Shown here: piece by piece, positions 1-13,865 of the stretch | How the letters are laid out: every line of letters begins with the position of its first letter | Position numbering within the stretch: position 1 is the stretch's first letter | Assembly: GCA_950097015.1 (NCBI GenBank) | Contig: CATNEN010000035.1 | Location: forward strand, 496,001 to 560,000 | Source of the DNA: Macrostomum hystrix | Lineage: Eukaryota; Animalia; Platyhelminthes | Reading direction: 5' to 3' | DNA length: 64,000 bases | The notes under the pieces: generated by a model | Database searches by the model: none | Told to the model about the DNA's origin: nothing | What the model saw: the letters and a program-made list of their open reading frames with translations, nothing else | Program-made: the position numbers and the translations under genes

Positions 1-601
1 TGAGCACCTTCACCAAAGGTGTGGCCTCGGTAATAGTTCGAATGCCTTCGTAGGTGCCAATGCCCAGCTGGCGCAGTGTGGCATCCAGCCAGGGCGGCAT
101 GGGCAGCTGGTGCATGTACAGGTAGATGTACTTCAGTATGCGCTTGTGGGTCAGGATGAACAGAGCGTTGCCGGTGCGCGGTTCAACAACCGGCAGGCGG
201 TGAACTCTGGCGTGCAGCAGCAGTCGAACGGCGTCCAATAGGGAGGCCTCCGGCGAGATCCACAGGAAGGGCCTGAGGCTAGTCTGCAGCTGGGCTCGCC
301 AGGTGCTAATCCGGTGGGACTCCAGCTCTTCCATTGGCACCAGAGCTGAGCGATAGAAATTGTGCAGAATGTTAATGAAGTCCGTGATTGTCAGCATGCC
401 GACGAAGCGCTGCTGGGCCGAGTCCCACACTGGCGCGGCGCGGAGGCCGTTGTACACCAGGGCGAAGAAGGCCTTCTTAACATTCAGGTTGTGGTCGAAC
501 ACAAGCAGCTTGCTGCTGGTGGGAATTAGATCGTAGCAACGATGCTTCTGGGCGAAGATGGAGAACACGCGATCAGGATCGGACACTGTGGCCTGGCGCA
601 C
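1..601 (-). CDS. PRKAG: AMPK gamma exon encoding CBS domains 1-2 (not in ORF track)
   Basis: Acceptor ctctcag|GTG at 602-603. The frame is open to the window edge, with LIPTSSKLLVFD, VKKAFFALVYNG, VGMLTITDFI and VHRLPV motifs. Confidence 0.95.
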   Translation of the reverse strand, partial: MRQATVSDPDRVFSIFAQKHRCYDLIPTSSKLLVFDHNLNVKKAFFALVYNGLRAAPVWDSAQQRFVGMLTITDFINILHNFYRSALVPMEELESHRISTWRAQLQTSLRPFLWISPEASLLDAVRLLLHARVHRLPVVEPRTGNALFILTHKRILKYIYLYMHQLPMPPWLDATLRQLGIGTYEGIRTITEATPLVKVL

Positions 602-3600
602 CTGAGAGTGAAGCGGCAAGATGGGATCTGGCTAAGTGAGATGGGATCTAGCTAAGTGAAATAAGATCTGATTGTGTCGGGTGGGATCTGATTGTGAGGG
701 ATGGGATCTAATTGTGTGGGATGGGATCTGATTGTGTGGGATGGGATCTGATTGTGAGGGATGGGATCTGATTGTGAGGGATGGGGATCTGATTGTGAGG
801 GATGGGATCTGATTGTGTGGGATGGGATCTGATTGTGAGGGATGGGATCTAATTGTGTGGGATGGGATCTGATTGTGTGGGATGGGATCTGATTGTGAGG
901 GATGGGATCTGATTGTGAGGGATGGGGATCTGATTGTGAGGGATGGGATCTGATTGTGTGGGATGGGATCTGATTGTGTGGGATGGGATCTGATTGTGTG
1001 GGATGGGATCTGATTGTGTGAGATGGGGATCTGGCTGGGTAATCAGATTTCTAGTTGGGCAGGGCAAGAATAGCAGTTTGGGATCTCAAGATTAACTCAA
1101 ATGAACGCACATCGTCAACGTCCACTGTGGAGCTGTCGCCCTGGCACTTGGACCGGAAGATGATGTACTTTTCGTTCTCGGTCACCTGAACATCCTGATT
1201 GCTGCCGCTGCTGCCGCCTGCTGCACCAAGGCCTGTGCCGGCTGTCATGGAAGCTGCCCGGAGCCTCGATGCAGAAGTTGAAGCTGTCCAGGTTTGCAAA
1301 TGAGCCGGTTGCTGCTGCTGCTGCTGCTGTTTTTGCTGCTGCTGCCGCTGAATAATTTGAGAGGCTGCTACCGCCTCCGATGAGGGACCGGACATGCGGC
1401 GAGGACGCGATTCGGCCATGGCTGTTGCCGATTGAATGCAGCACTGGCCTGCAGTTACCAACCAAAATCAACTGTTGAAAAAACTACTCGAAGAAGAAAC
1501 GGACTTACACGTGCACTTTTTGCTTCAGTTCAGTATATGCCAACAATTTACCGGCTAACTTAAAGAGAGAAGACTACAGCCTTAAATTATTTCATTTAGT
1601 CTTTAGAAAAAAAAGAAACTAAAATAGACAGAAGACAAATAGCAAGCGAGGAAGGTCCAGCGTTGACTGCCTGTTTGTCAGGCTTTTTGAATTAAGAATG
1701 GATATAAACGGACCGGCTTGTGATAGGGGGCATAGGTCTGTTCAGCTGGGGCAGGTTAGGGGTTTTGGAGTGTGTGGCGAGTGTGAGGGTTGGTGGACAA
1801 ATAGGGGAGGGTGTAAAGAACGCGGAGTGGGGGTTGATAGAACGACATTTTGGGCAGTGGGGTCGAAATGTACACTGCCCTCAGTACAAGACTGACTCAC
1901 ATTAGACCAGCACCACAGCGGGATGAATGTACGTAGCAAATGTACACTTTTGCGTGGTAAGGATAGACTTTCGCAGTTAAATCAAATTTAATTAGACAAC
2001 CTGCACAAGCAAGCAAGCAAGCCCAAATTAAAAACAAAGTCGCTCTATTATGATAATGTAACATGGTTTTAGTGAATTTTCATTTCTTTCTCTGCGTTCA
2101 TTTATTTTATTTTCAATCCAGTCAACAAATAAAAAGTGCTAAAACTGCTACTAAATATTTATTTAGCTAATGCGCATACACACTAACAAATGAACCACGA
2201 TTCGCCAAAATAACAAATACAAAATGTCCTATAAAGCCTTCAAAATGTACTTTTTATGTTTTAAGAATTAAAAGGCATTTGAGACAGAGGGGTGGCTATG
2301 TCTTGCATACAATATGTTACGAGTACAAAAGACGCTGTAAGTAGCTTAGTGAAAGGAAAAAGCTTTTTTGGTATATTGGGTATGCAAAGAGGTCGAAGTT
2401 AAGGTAACTATACGAGTACTAAAAATATAGAAGACAGTGTTTCCCACATCCACGCATACGCTTCTAACAGATTGAATAGCATTGACTCACCGTCGATATT
2501 GGCAGTGTGGCTAAGGCTCTCAAACAGATCCTTATGCCTGAGCTGCACGCTGGCCGTGTTAGGAGGATAAGAATTCTAAAATAAATGATAAAGTTGAGTA
2601 AATTATTTTAGTACGAGTATGTGCTATGCATAGGGGCATTAATAAGTAATACTCTAGTATGCAAAACATTCTATCGTTAGCAAAGCTAGGCTCAATTATC
2701 ATACGGGGAATGTACTTTACTAAAACACCCGTTCAGTAAGGTACATCCATACCAATTACGCAATGCAATTTTACGAAGTGTGATGATACACGCGACTTCT
2801 CTATCTGTCTGAGCAAAACAGAATGTAATTAAATCACAAATCACAAACAATGGCAATGCAAACAGCATTCCAATAAACATTTTTCTGTTTACTGTACGTA
2901 TAATTGTTTCAGCCAATATTTCATTACAGTTGCATGCTTATGGAAAGGCGAAATAAACAATTCTGTTTAAAAGTTTATTATCGCAAGCGCTTAAAAATGT
3001 ATATACACTAGTTTGAAAACTTTTAATGCAGGACTTATAAAAATTAAATAACATTACAGAACGAATAAAGTTTAAGTCATGGATCTTCAAACAAAAAAAC
3101 CCTGTCTAACACCTTTGTCTGATGGTAAACACCCTGGTCTAAGAGGAAACACCTCTGTCTAACAGGAAACACACCTGTCTAACAGGAAACACACCTGTCT
3201 AACAGGAAACACACCTGTCTAACTGGAAACACACCTGTCTAACTGGAAATACACCTGTCTAACAGGAAACACACCTGTCTAACTGGAAACACACCTGTCT
3301 AACAGGAAACACACCTGTCTAACTGGAAACACACCTGTCTAACAGGAAACACACCTGTCTAACTGGAAACACACCTGTCTAACTGGAAACACACCTGTCT
3401 AACAGGAAACACACCTGTCTAACAGGAAACACACCTGTCTAACAGGAAACACACCTGTCTAACTGGAAACACACCTGTCTAACTGGAAACACACCTGTCT
3501 AACTGGAAACACACCTGTCTAACAGGAAACACACCTGTCTAACAGGAAACACACCTGTCTAACTGGAAACACACCTGTCTAACAGGAAACACACCTGTCT

Positions 3601-6600
3601 AACTGGAAACACACCTGTCTAACAGGAAACACACCTGTCTAGCAGGAAACACCTCTGTCCAACAGGAAACACTCCTGTCTAACAGGAAACACACCTGTCT
3701 AACAGGAAACACCTCTGTCCAACAGGAAACACTCGTGTCTAACAGGACATACAGGTAATGCAAGAGAGCATTACAACAGCAGGGTTAGTATTCTATGAAA
3801 CAAGGAGAAAAAACTTTCAGCAAAAAAAGTATGAAAAATTAGGATCAATAGAAGGTTTGCACTATGCAGTTAGGGTGAGTATTGTCATTCATTCATAATG
3901 AACAATTTTCTCAAATATACTTAATGGATGACAGAGTCAATCGTAATATTCTATTTATATAGTGATGGGATGAAGGGTGTGTAGACAGGAAAGTGATGGG
4001 ATGAGGGGTGTGTGTACACTGTAAAAATACGATCTATTTTGAGCTCAAACATTTTAGTCGGCTATATAAACAGACAGTGGGATAAAATATAAATCAATCA
4101 GCAACAACGAAATAAAATAAAAGTGCAAGCCTCACCGACGGACTAAGTGAGTCGTCAGCTGAGATAGTCTGTAATAGTGCGCATCGCAATCGATGCACAG
4201 GCAGTCGGTGAAAATTGATTTTTAGAATAAAAAAGTGCCATTCGGCTTTATACTCGTAGCGGCCTAGAGACTGTCATTTATTTCGGAAAATATTTAAATT
4301 AGTAAAAACAGTTCACTAGAACAAGCGCAATAGGTAAAAAGTGTTTGCATGAGTAAAAATAAAATACTGCATAACAAGCAGAATTTCACATCCGGTAATA
4401 TGTGGCTAATTACAAAAATTGTTAACATTTCAGATTGATTGGTCAAGAGGGTCGGTGAAAACCCGAAGGTGATCGGACAGCAGGATGTATGCACAGGATG
4501 GCGATTGGACGTAAAGGTATGTGTACAATTCAAGGCTGATTGGACGAAGGGTGGGTGTACATGTACACAGAAAGGTGATTGGTCGACAGGATGTGTACAC
4601 AGGAAAGTAATGGGATGGAGTGTGGGTGTACACAGGAAAGTGATGGGATGGAGGGTGTGTGTGCACAGGAAAGTGATGGGATGGAGGGTGTGAGTACACA
4701 GGAAAGTGATGGGATGGAGGGTGTGTGTACACCGGAAAGTGATGGGATGAAGGGTGTGTGTGCACAGGAAAGTGATGGGATGGAGGGTGTGTGTGCACAG
4801 GAAAGTGATGGGATGAAGGGTGTGTGTACACAGGAAAGTGATGGGATGAAGGGTGTGTGTACACAGGAAAGTGATGGGATGAAGGGTGTGTGTACACAGG
4901 AAAGTGATGGGATGAAGGGTGTGTGTACACAGGAAAGTGATGGGATGAAGGGTGTGTGTGCACAGGAAAGTGATGGGATGAAGGGTGTGTGTACACAGGA
5001 AAGTGATGGGATGAAGGGTGTGTGTGCACAGGAAAGTGATGGGATGAAGGGTGTGTGTGCACAGGAAAGTGATGGGATGGAGGGTGTGTGTGCACAGGAA
5101 AGTGATGGGATGAAGGGTGTGTGTACACAGGAAAGTGATGGGATGAAGGGTGTGTGTGCACAGGAAAGTGATGGGATGAAGGGTGTGTGTGCACAGGAAA
5201 GTGATGGGATGAAGGGTGTGTGTGCACAGGAAAGTGATGGGATGAAGGGTGTGTGTACACAGGAAAGTGATGGGATGAAGGGTGTGTGTGCACAGGAAAG
5301 TGATGGGATGAAGGGTGTGTGTGCACAGGAAAGTGATGGGATGAAGGGTGTGTACACAGGAAAGTGATGGGATGAAGGGTGTGTAGACAGGAAAGTGATG
5401 GGATGGAGGGTGTGTAGACAGGAAAGTGATGGGATGAAGGGTGTGTAGACAGGAAAGTGATGGGATGAAGGGTGTGTAGACAGGAAAGTGATGGGATGAA
5501 GGGTGTGTAGACAGGAAAGTGATGGGATGAAGGGTGTGTAGACAGGAAAGTGATGGGATGGAGGGTGTGTGTACACAGGAAAGTGATGGGATGGAGGGTG
5601 TGTGTGCACAGGAAAGTGATGGGATGGAGGGTGTGTGTGCACAGGAAAGTGATGGGATGAAGGGTGTGTGTACACAGGAAAGTGATGGGATGAAGGGTGT
5701 GTGTGCACAGGAAAGTGATGGGATGAAGGGTGTGTGTGCACAGGAAAGTGATGGGATGAAGGGTGTGTGTACACAGGAAAGTGATGGGATGAAGGGTGTG
5801 TGTGCACAGGAAAGTGATGGGATGAAGGGTGTGTGTGCACAGGAAAGTGATGGGATGGAGGGTGTGTGTGCACAGGAAAGTGATGGGATGGAGGGTGTGT
5901 GTACACAGGAAAGTGATGGGATGAAGGGTGTGTGTACACAGGAAAGTGATGGGATGAAGGGTGTGTGTGCACAGGAAAGTGATGGGATGAAGGGTGTGTG
6001 TACACAGGAAAGTGATGGGATGAAGGGTGTGTGTGCACAGGAAAGTGATGGGATGAAGGGTGTGTGTGCACAGGAAAGTGATGGGATGAAGGGTGTGTAC
6101 ACAGGAAAGTGATGGGATGAAGGGTGTGTAGACAGGAATGTGATGGGATGGAGGGTGTGTAGACAGGAAAGTGATGGGATGAAGGGTGTGTAGACAGGAA
6201 AGTGATGGGATGAAGGGTGTGTAGACAGGAAAGTGATGGGATGAAGGGTGTGTAGACAGGAAAGTGATGGGATGAAGGGTGTGTAGACAGGAAAGTGATG
6301 GGATGGAGGGTGTGTGTACACAGGAAAGTGATGGGATGGAGGGTGTGTGTGCACAGGAAAGTGATGGGATGGAGGGTGTGTGTGCACAGGAAAGTGATGG
6401 GATGAAGGGTGTGTGTACACAGGAAAGTGATGGGATGAAGGGTGTGTAGACAGGAAAGTGATGGGATGAAGGGTGTGTAGACAGGAAAGTGATCGGATTA
6501 AGATTGTGGGTACACAGGAAAGTGATGGGACGAAGGGTGTGTGTAGACAGGAAAGTGATGGGATGAAGGGTGTGTAGACAGGAAAGTGATGGGATGAAGG

Positions 6601-9600
6601 GTGTGTAGACAGGAAAGTGATGGGATGGAGGGTGTGAGTGCACAGGAAAGTGATGGGATGGAGGGTGTGTAGACAGGAAAGTGATGGGATGAAGGGTGTG
6701 TGTACACAGGAAAGTGATGGGATGGAGGGTGTGTGTACACAGGAAAGTGATGGGATGGAGGGTGTGTGTGCACAGGAAAGTGATGGGATGGAGGGTGTGT
6801 GTGCACAGGAAAGTGATGGGATGAAGGGTGTGTGTACACAGGAAAGTGATGGGATGAAGGGTGTGTGTGCACAGGAAAGTGATGGGATGAAGGGTGTGTG
6901 TGCACAGGAAAGTGATGGGATGAAGGGTGTGTGTACACAGGAAAGTGATGGGATGAAGGGTGTGTGTGCACAGGAAAGTGATGGGATGAAGGGTGTGTGT
7001 GCACAGGAAAGTGATGGGATGGAGGGTGTGTGTGCACAGGAAAGTGATGGGATGAAGGGTGTGTGTACACAGGAAAGTGATGGGATGAAGGGTGTGTGTG
7101 CACAGGAAAGTGATGGGATGAAGGGTGTGTGTGCACAGGAAAGTGATGGGATGAAGGGTGTGTGTACACAGGAAAGTGATGGGATGAAGGGTGTGTGTAC
7201 ACAGGAAAGTGATGGGATGAAGGGTGTGTGTGCACAGGAAAGTGATGGGATGGAGGGTGTGTGTTCACAGGAAAGTGATGGGCTGGAGGGTGTGTGTACA
7301 CAGGAAAGTGATGGGATGGAGGGTGTGAGTACACAGGAAAGTGATGGGATGGAGGGTGTGTGTACACAGGAAAGTGATGGGATGGAGGGTGTGTGTAGAC
7401 AGGAAAGTGATGGGATGAAGGGTGTGTGTACACAGGAAAGTGATGGGATGAAGGGTGTGTGCACAGGAAAGTGATGGGATGAAGGGTGTGTGTACACAGG
7501 AAAGTGATGGGATGGAGGGTGTGTGTGCACAGGAAAGTGATGGGATGAAGGGTGTGTGTACACAGGAAAGTGATGGGATGAAGGGTGTGTAGACAGGAAA
7601 GTGATGGGATGGAGGGTGTGTGTACACAGGAAAGTGATGGGATGGAGGGTGTGTGTACACAGGAAAGTGATGGGATGGAGGGTGTGTGTACACAGGAAAG
7701 TGATGGGATGAAGGGTGTGTGTACACAGGAAAGTGATGGGATGGAGGGTGTGTAGACAGGAAAGTGATGGGGTGAAGGGTGTGTGTACACAGGAAAGTGA
7801 TGGGATGGAGGGTGTGTAGACAGGAAAGTGATGGGATGAAGGGTGTGTGTACACAGGAAAGTGATGGGATGGAGGGTGTGTGTGCACAGGAAAGTAATGG
7901 GATGAAGGGTGTGTGTACACAGGAAAGTGATGGGATGGAGGGTGTGTGTACACAGGAAAGTGATGGGATGAAGGGTGTGTGTACACAGGAAAGTGATGGG
8001 ATGGAGGGTGTGTAGACAGGAAAGTGATGGGGTGAAGGGTGTGTGTACACAGGAAAGTGATGGGATGGAGGGTGTGTGTACACAGGAAAGTGATGGGATG
8101 GAGGGTGTGTGTACACAGGAAAGTGATGGGATGAAGGGTGTGTGTACACAGGAAAGTTATGGGATGAAGGGTGTGTGTACACAGGAAAGTGATGGGATGA
8201 AGGGTGTGTGTACACAGGAAAGTGATGGGATGGAGGGTGTGTGTGCACAGGAAAGTGATGGGATGAAGGGTGTGTACACAGGAAAGTGATGGGATGGAGG
8301 GTGTGTAGACAGGAAAGTGATGGGATGAAGGGTGTGTAGACAGGAAAGTGATGGGATGAAGGGTGTGTAGACAGGAAAGTGATGGGATGAAGGGTGTGTA
8401 CACAGGAAAGTGATGGGATGAAGGGTGTGTAGACAGGAAAGTGATGGGATGAAGGGTGTGTAGACAGGAAAGTGATGGGATGAAGGGTGTGTAGACAGGA
8501 AAGTGATGGGATGAAGGGTGTGTAGACAGGAAAGTGATGGGATGAAGGGTGTGTGTGCACAGGAAAGTGATGGGATGAAGGGTGTGTGTGCACAGGAAAG
8601 TGATGGGATGAAGGGTGTGTGTGCACAGGAAAGTGATGGGATGAAGGGTGTGTACACAGGAAAGTGATGGGATGAAGGGTGTGTAGACAGGAAAGTGATG
8701 GGATGGAGGGTGTGTAGACAGGAAAGTGATGGGATGAAGGGTGTGTAGACAGGAAAGTGATGGGATGAAGGGTGTGTAGACAGGAAAGTGATGGGATGAA
8801 GGGTGTGTAGACAGGAAAGTGATGGGATGAAGGGTGTGTGTGCACAGGAAAGTGATGGGATGAAGGGTGTGTGTGCACAGGAAAGTGATGGGATGAAGGG
8901 TGTGTACACAGGAAAGTGATGGGATGAAGGGTGTGTAGACAGGAAAGTGATGGGATGGAGGGTGTGTAGACAGGAAAGTGATGGGATGAAGGGTGTGTAG
9001 ACAGGAAAGTGATGGGATGAAGGGTGTGTAGACAGGAAAGTGATGGGATGAAGGGTGTGTAGACAGGAAAGTGATGGGATGAAGGGTGTGTAGACAGGAA
9101 AGTGATGGGATGGAGGGTGTGTGTACACAGGAAAGTGATGGGATGGAGGGTGTGTGTGCACAGGAAAGTGATGGGATGGAGGGTGTGTGTGCACAGGAAA
9201 GTGATGGGATGAAGGGTGTGTGTACACAGGAAAGTGATGGGATGAAGGGTGTGTAGACAGGAAAGTGATGGGATGAAGGGTGTGTAGACAGGAAAGTGAT
9301 CGGATTAAGATTGTGGGTACACAGGAAAGTGATGGGACGAAGGGTGTGTGTAGACAGGAAAGTGATGGGATGAAGGGTGTGTAGACAGGAAAGTGATGGG
9401 ATGAAGGGTGTGTAGACAGGAAAGTGATGGGATGGAGGGTGTGAGTACACAGGAAAGTGATGGGATGGAGGGTGTGTGTACACAGGAAAGTGATGGGATG
9501 AAGGGTGTGTGTACACAGGAAAGTGATGGGATGAAGGGTGTGTGTACACAGGAAAGTGATGGGATGGAGGGTGTGTGTACACAGGAAAGTGATGGGCTGG

Positions 9601-12600
9601 AGGGTGTGTGTACACAGGAAAGTGATGGGATGGAGGGTGTGAGTACACAGGAAAGTGATGGGATGAAGGGTGTGTGTACACAGGAAAGTGATGGGATGGA
9701 GGGTGTGTGTAGACAGGAAAGTGATGGGATGAAGGGTGTGTGTACACAGGAAAGTGATGGGATGAAGGGTGTGTGTGCACAGGAAAGTGATGGGATGAAG
9801 GGTGTGTGTACACAGGAAAGTGATGGGATGGAGGGTGTGTGTGCACAGGAAAGTGATGGGATGAAGGGTGTGTGTACACAGGAAAGTGATGGGATGAAGG
9901 GTGTGTAGACAGGAAAGTGATGGGATGGAGGGTGTGTGTACACAGGAAAGTGATGGGATGGAGGGTGTGTGTACACAGGAAAGTGATGGGATGGAGGGTG
10001 TGTGTACACAGGAAAGTGATGGGATGAAGGGTGTGTGTACACAGGAAAGTGATGGGATGGAGGGTGTGTGTGCACAGGAAAGTGATGGGATGAAGGGTGT
10101 GTACACAGGAAAGTGATGGGATGAAGGGTGTGTGTACACAGGAAAGTGATGGGATGAAGGGTGTGTGTGCACAGGAAAGTGATGGGATGAAGGGTGTGTG
10201 TGCACAGGAAAGTGATGGGATGAAGGGTGTGTACACAGGAAAGTGATGGGATGAAGGGTGTGTAGACAGGAAAGTGATGGGATGAAGGGTGTGTAGACAG
10301 GAAAGTGATGGGATGGAGGGTGTGTGTACACAGGAAAGTGATGGGATGGAGGGTGTGTGTGCACAGGAAAGTGATGGGATGGAGGGTGTGTGTGCACAGG
10401 AAAGTGATGGGATGAAGGGTGTGTGTACACAGGAAAGTGATGGGATGAAGGGTGTGTGTGCACAGGAAAGTGATGGGATGAAGGGTGTGTGTGCACAGGA
10501 AAGTGATGGGATGAAGGGTGTGTGTACACAGGAAAGTGATGGGATGAAGGGTGTGTGTGCACAGGAAAGTGATGGGATGAAGGGTGTGTGTGCACAGGAA
10601 AGTGATGGGATGGAGGGTGTGTGTGCACAGGAAAGTGATGGGATGAAGGGTGTGTGTACACAGGAAAGTGATGGGATGAAGGGTGTGTGTGCACAGGAAA
10701 GTGATGGGATGAAGGGTGTGTGTGCACAGGAAAGTGATGGGATGAAGGGTGTGTGTACACAGGAAAGTGATGGGATGAAGGGTGTGTGTGCACAGGAAAG
10801 TGATGGGATGAAGGGTGTGTGTGCACAGGAAAGTGATGGGATGAAGGGTGTGTACACAGGAAAGTGATGGGATGAAGGGTGTGTAGACAGGAAAGTGATG
10901 GGATGGAGGGTGTGTAGACAGGAAAGTGATGGGATGAAGGGTGTGTAGACAGGAAAGTGATGGGATGAAGGGTGTGTAGACAGGAAAGTGATGGGATGAA
11001 GGGTGTGTAGACAGGAAAGTGATGGGATGAAGGGTGTGTAGACAGGAAAGTGATGGGATGGAGGGTGTGTGTACACAGGAAAGTGATGGGATGGAGGGTG
11101 TGTGTGCACAGGAAAGTGATGGGATGGAGGGTGTGTGTGCACAGGAAAGTGATGGGATGAAGGGTGTGTGTACACAGGAAAGTGATGGGATGAAGGGTGT
11201 GTAGACAGGAAAGTGATGGGATGAAGGGTGTGTAGACAGGAAAGTGATCGGATTAAGATTGTGGGTACACAGGAAAGTGATGGGACGAAGGGTGTGTGTA
11301 GACAGGAAAGTGATGGGATGAAGGGTGTGTAGACAGGAAAGTGATGGGATGAAGGGTGTGTAGACAGGAAAGTGATGGGATGGAGGGTGTGAGTACACAG
11401 GAAAGTGATGGGATGGAGGGTGTGTGTACACAGGAAAGTGATGGGATGAAGGGTGTGTGTACACAGGAAAGTGATGGGATGAAGGGTGTGTGTACACAGG
11501 AAAGTGATGGGATGGAGGGTGTGTGTACACAGGAAAGTGATGGGCTGGAGGGTGTGTGTACACAGGAAAGTGATGGGATGGAGGGTGTGAGTACACAGGA
11601 AAGTGATGGGATGGAGGGTGTGTGTACACAGGAAAGTGATGGGATGGAGGGTGTGTGTAGACAGGAAAGTGATGGGATGAAGGGTGTGTGTACACAGGAA
11701 AGTGATGGGATGAAGGGTGTGTGTACACAGGAAAGTGATGGGATGGAGGGTGTGTGTGCACAGGAAAGTGATGGGATGAAGGGTGTGTGTACACAGGAAA
11801 GTGATGGGATGAAGGGTGTGTAGACAGGAAAGTGATGGGATGGAGGGTGTGTGTACACAGGAAAGTGATGGGATGGAGGGTGTGTGTACACAGGAAAGTG
11901 ATGGGATGGAGGGTGTGTGTACACAGGAAAGTGATGGGATGAAGGGTGTGTGTACACAGGAAAGTGATGGGATGGAGGGTGTGTAGACAGGAAAGTGATG
12001 GGGTGAAGGGTGTGTGTACACAGGAAAGTGATGGGATGGAGGGTGTGTGTACACAGGAAAGTGATGGGATGGAGGGTGTGTGTACACAGGAAAGTGATGG
12101 GATGAAGGGTGTGTGTACACAGGAAAGTGATGGGATGAAGGGTGTGTGTACACAGGAAAGTGATGGGATGAAGGGTGTGTGTACACAGGAAAGTGATGGG
12201 ATGGAGGGTGTGTGTACACAGGAAAGTGATGGGATGGAGGGTGTGTGTAGACAGGAAAGTGATGGGATGAAGGGTGTGTGTACACAGGAAAGTGATGGGA
12301 TGGAGGGTGTGTGTACACAGGAAAGTGATGGGATGAAGGGTGTGTAGACAGGAAAGTGATGGGATGAAGGGTGTGTTTACACAGGAAAGTGATCGGATGG
12401 AGGGAGTGTGTACACAGGAAAGTGATAGGATGGAGGGAGTGTGTACACAGGAAAGTGATGGGATGGAGTGTGTGTATACAGAAAAGTGATGGGATGGAGT
12501 GTGTGTGTACACAGGAAAGTGATGGGATGGAGGGTGTATGTACACAGGAAAGTGATGGGATGAAGGGTGTGTAGACAGGAAGTTAATTGGATGGAGGCCG

Positions 12601-13359
12601 CCTCTGTGTACATGAACACGCACACTGAAAGGTGATTGGTCGGCAGGATGCGAACAAAGAATTGAGACCAAATTTTCAATGCTCATTGTATTCTAATTAC
12701 GAATGGATCTATAGAAATCCGATAAAAAATAAGGAGCATGAAAGAGCACCCAGACTGAAAGTTCTCACCTTTCTCAACCGACTTCGCTTCTCTTCCTTGG
12801 CCTCCATGGAGTGACTGTGCGCCAGATAGGCCGAATCCAGCGGAATGTCGCTCGGATGCGGCAGGCCCTGAACCGGCGGGACGCCGACTCCGCGTCTTCG
12901 CTTGTCGCCAGTGTCAGTGGCGAGTGCGCGCAGGCGAGTGACTAGATTGTCCATGGGACTCTTCGAGCGCTTCTTGCCAGCCAGCGGGACGGCGGATTCG
13001 CTGCCGCCGCTGCCACCGCCATCGTCGTCCACGTCACCCGAATGCGAGCGTCGCTTTGAACCGGACGAAGCCGAAGCAGCAGCCGATGCCAATGAAGAAG
13101 ACATCGAATGCGGATTCTCGGAGCGGGCGCGCGGCCGAAAACTATCGAAGAACTGGCGCACCGAGGATCTCTTGCGCACCGATCCGGACCTGGCGCCATC
13201 GGCTTCAACGGCGGCGACGCGAGTTCGACAGCTCTCTTCTGAGTTGCGCCTAGCCCGACCAGCGGACGCGGCCGCCGCTGAAGTAGTTGTTGATGATGAG
13301 GGCTCGGCAGAGACGGCGGCAGTCACGCCGGAAGCGGCATCGATGGCAGTAGAAGACAT
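1..13359 (-). CDS. PRKAG: AMP-activated protein kinase gamma subunit (PRKAG2/SNF4Agamma-like, long N-terminal isoform); 3' end lies beyond window start
   Basis: Exons (minus): 13359-12769, 4168-4136, 2575-2491, 1448-1111, 601-1. All are GT-AG with matching phases (0,0,1,0). Exon 601-1 translates to ...KHRCYDLIPTSSKLLVFDHNLNVKKAFFALVYNGLRAAPVWDSAQQRFVGMLTITDFINILHNFY...VHRLPVVEPRTGNALFILTHKRILKYI, the hallmark CBS1-CBS2 sequence of AMPK gamma. Confidence 0.95.
619..1032. repeat. 20-bp minisatellite (GATGGGATCTGATTGTG[T/A]GG) filling an AMPK gamma intron
   Basis: About 20 units read directly, with degenerate edges. Confidence 0.9.
3125..3745. repeat. 21-bp minisatellite (AAC[A/T]GGAAACACACCTGTCT)
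   Basis: About 28 units. The unit contains an ACAGG/CCTGT inverted pair. Confidence 0.9.
4575..12585. repeat. 8-kb 31/33-bp minisatellite (ACAGGAAAGTGATGGGATG[A/G]AGGGTGTGT...) in an AMPK gamma intron
   Basis: Roughly 245 units with higher-order duplications. About two isolated units also lie at 3961-4020. Confidence 0.95.
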
Positions 13360-13589
13360 TGCTGACTCGGACGCCGCTTGATGCTAAGCGAAGCGGAAGG
13401 ATTGAAGAAAGCCAAGTGAGCTTGTGCTCAATATGTTAATTATGCGCATATAGTGCTACTTGTGAGTAATTTAGTGAAGTCTTTCTTTAGTAATCACTTT
13501 CAGGACTTTTTATGATTAAAAGTAATCGAAATAAGCATAAGTATACAAATATTATGATTTTTTAGTTTTAGTTGTTAACTGAGGCGACA

Positions 13590-13865
13590 TTGGGTCAGTC
13601 AATGAGTGGGAATGTGACAGTGGGTCAGTCAGTGAGTGGGAATGTGACAGTGGGTCAGTCAATGAGTGGGGATGTGACAGTGGGTCAGTCAATGACTAGG
13701 AGTCTGACAGTGGGTGAGTCAATGACTAAGAGTCTGACAGTGGGTCAGTCAATGACTAGGAGTCTGACAGTGGGTCAGTCAATGACTAGGAGTCTGACCG
13801 TGGGTGAGTCAATGACTAAGAGTCTGACAGTGGGTCAGTCAATCACTAAGAGTCTGACAGTGGTG
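13590..13865. repeat. 30-bp minisatellite (GTGGGTCAGTCAATGACTAGGAGTCTGACA)
   Basis: About 9 units upstream of the AMPK gamma start. Confidence 0.85.

Noticed and set aside
3125-3745. CRISPR-like appearance (short, partly palindromic regular repeats); also other arrays
   Set aside because: Units are head-to-tail with no unique spacers, there are no cas genes, and the context is eukaryotic.
4017-4030. CACTGTAAAAA resembling a CACTA/EnSpm terminus
   Set aside because: No matching inverted terminus or TSD was found nearby.
4294-12686. 2674-aa and many overlapping ORFs (THPSSHHFPVY / QESDGMKGVC repeats)
   Set aside because: These are translations of the 31/33-bp intronic array. The unit lacks stops in several frames, ORFs are open on both strands, and the region is an AMPK gamma intron.
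12902-13381. Plus-strand ORFs opposite GC-rich exons (also 21378-22298, 35551-36193, 56617-57283)
   Set aside because: Antisense shadows of real coding exons.
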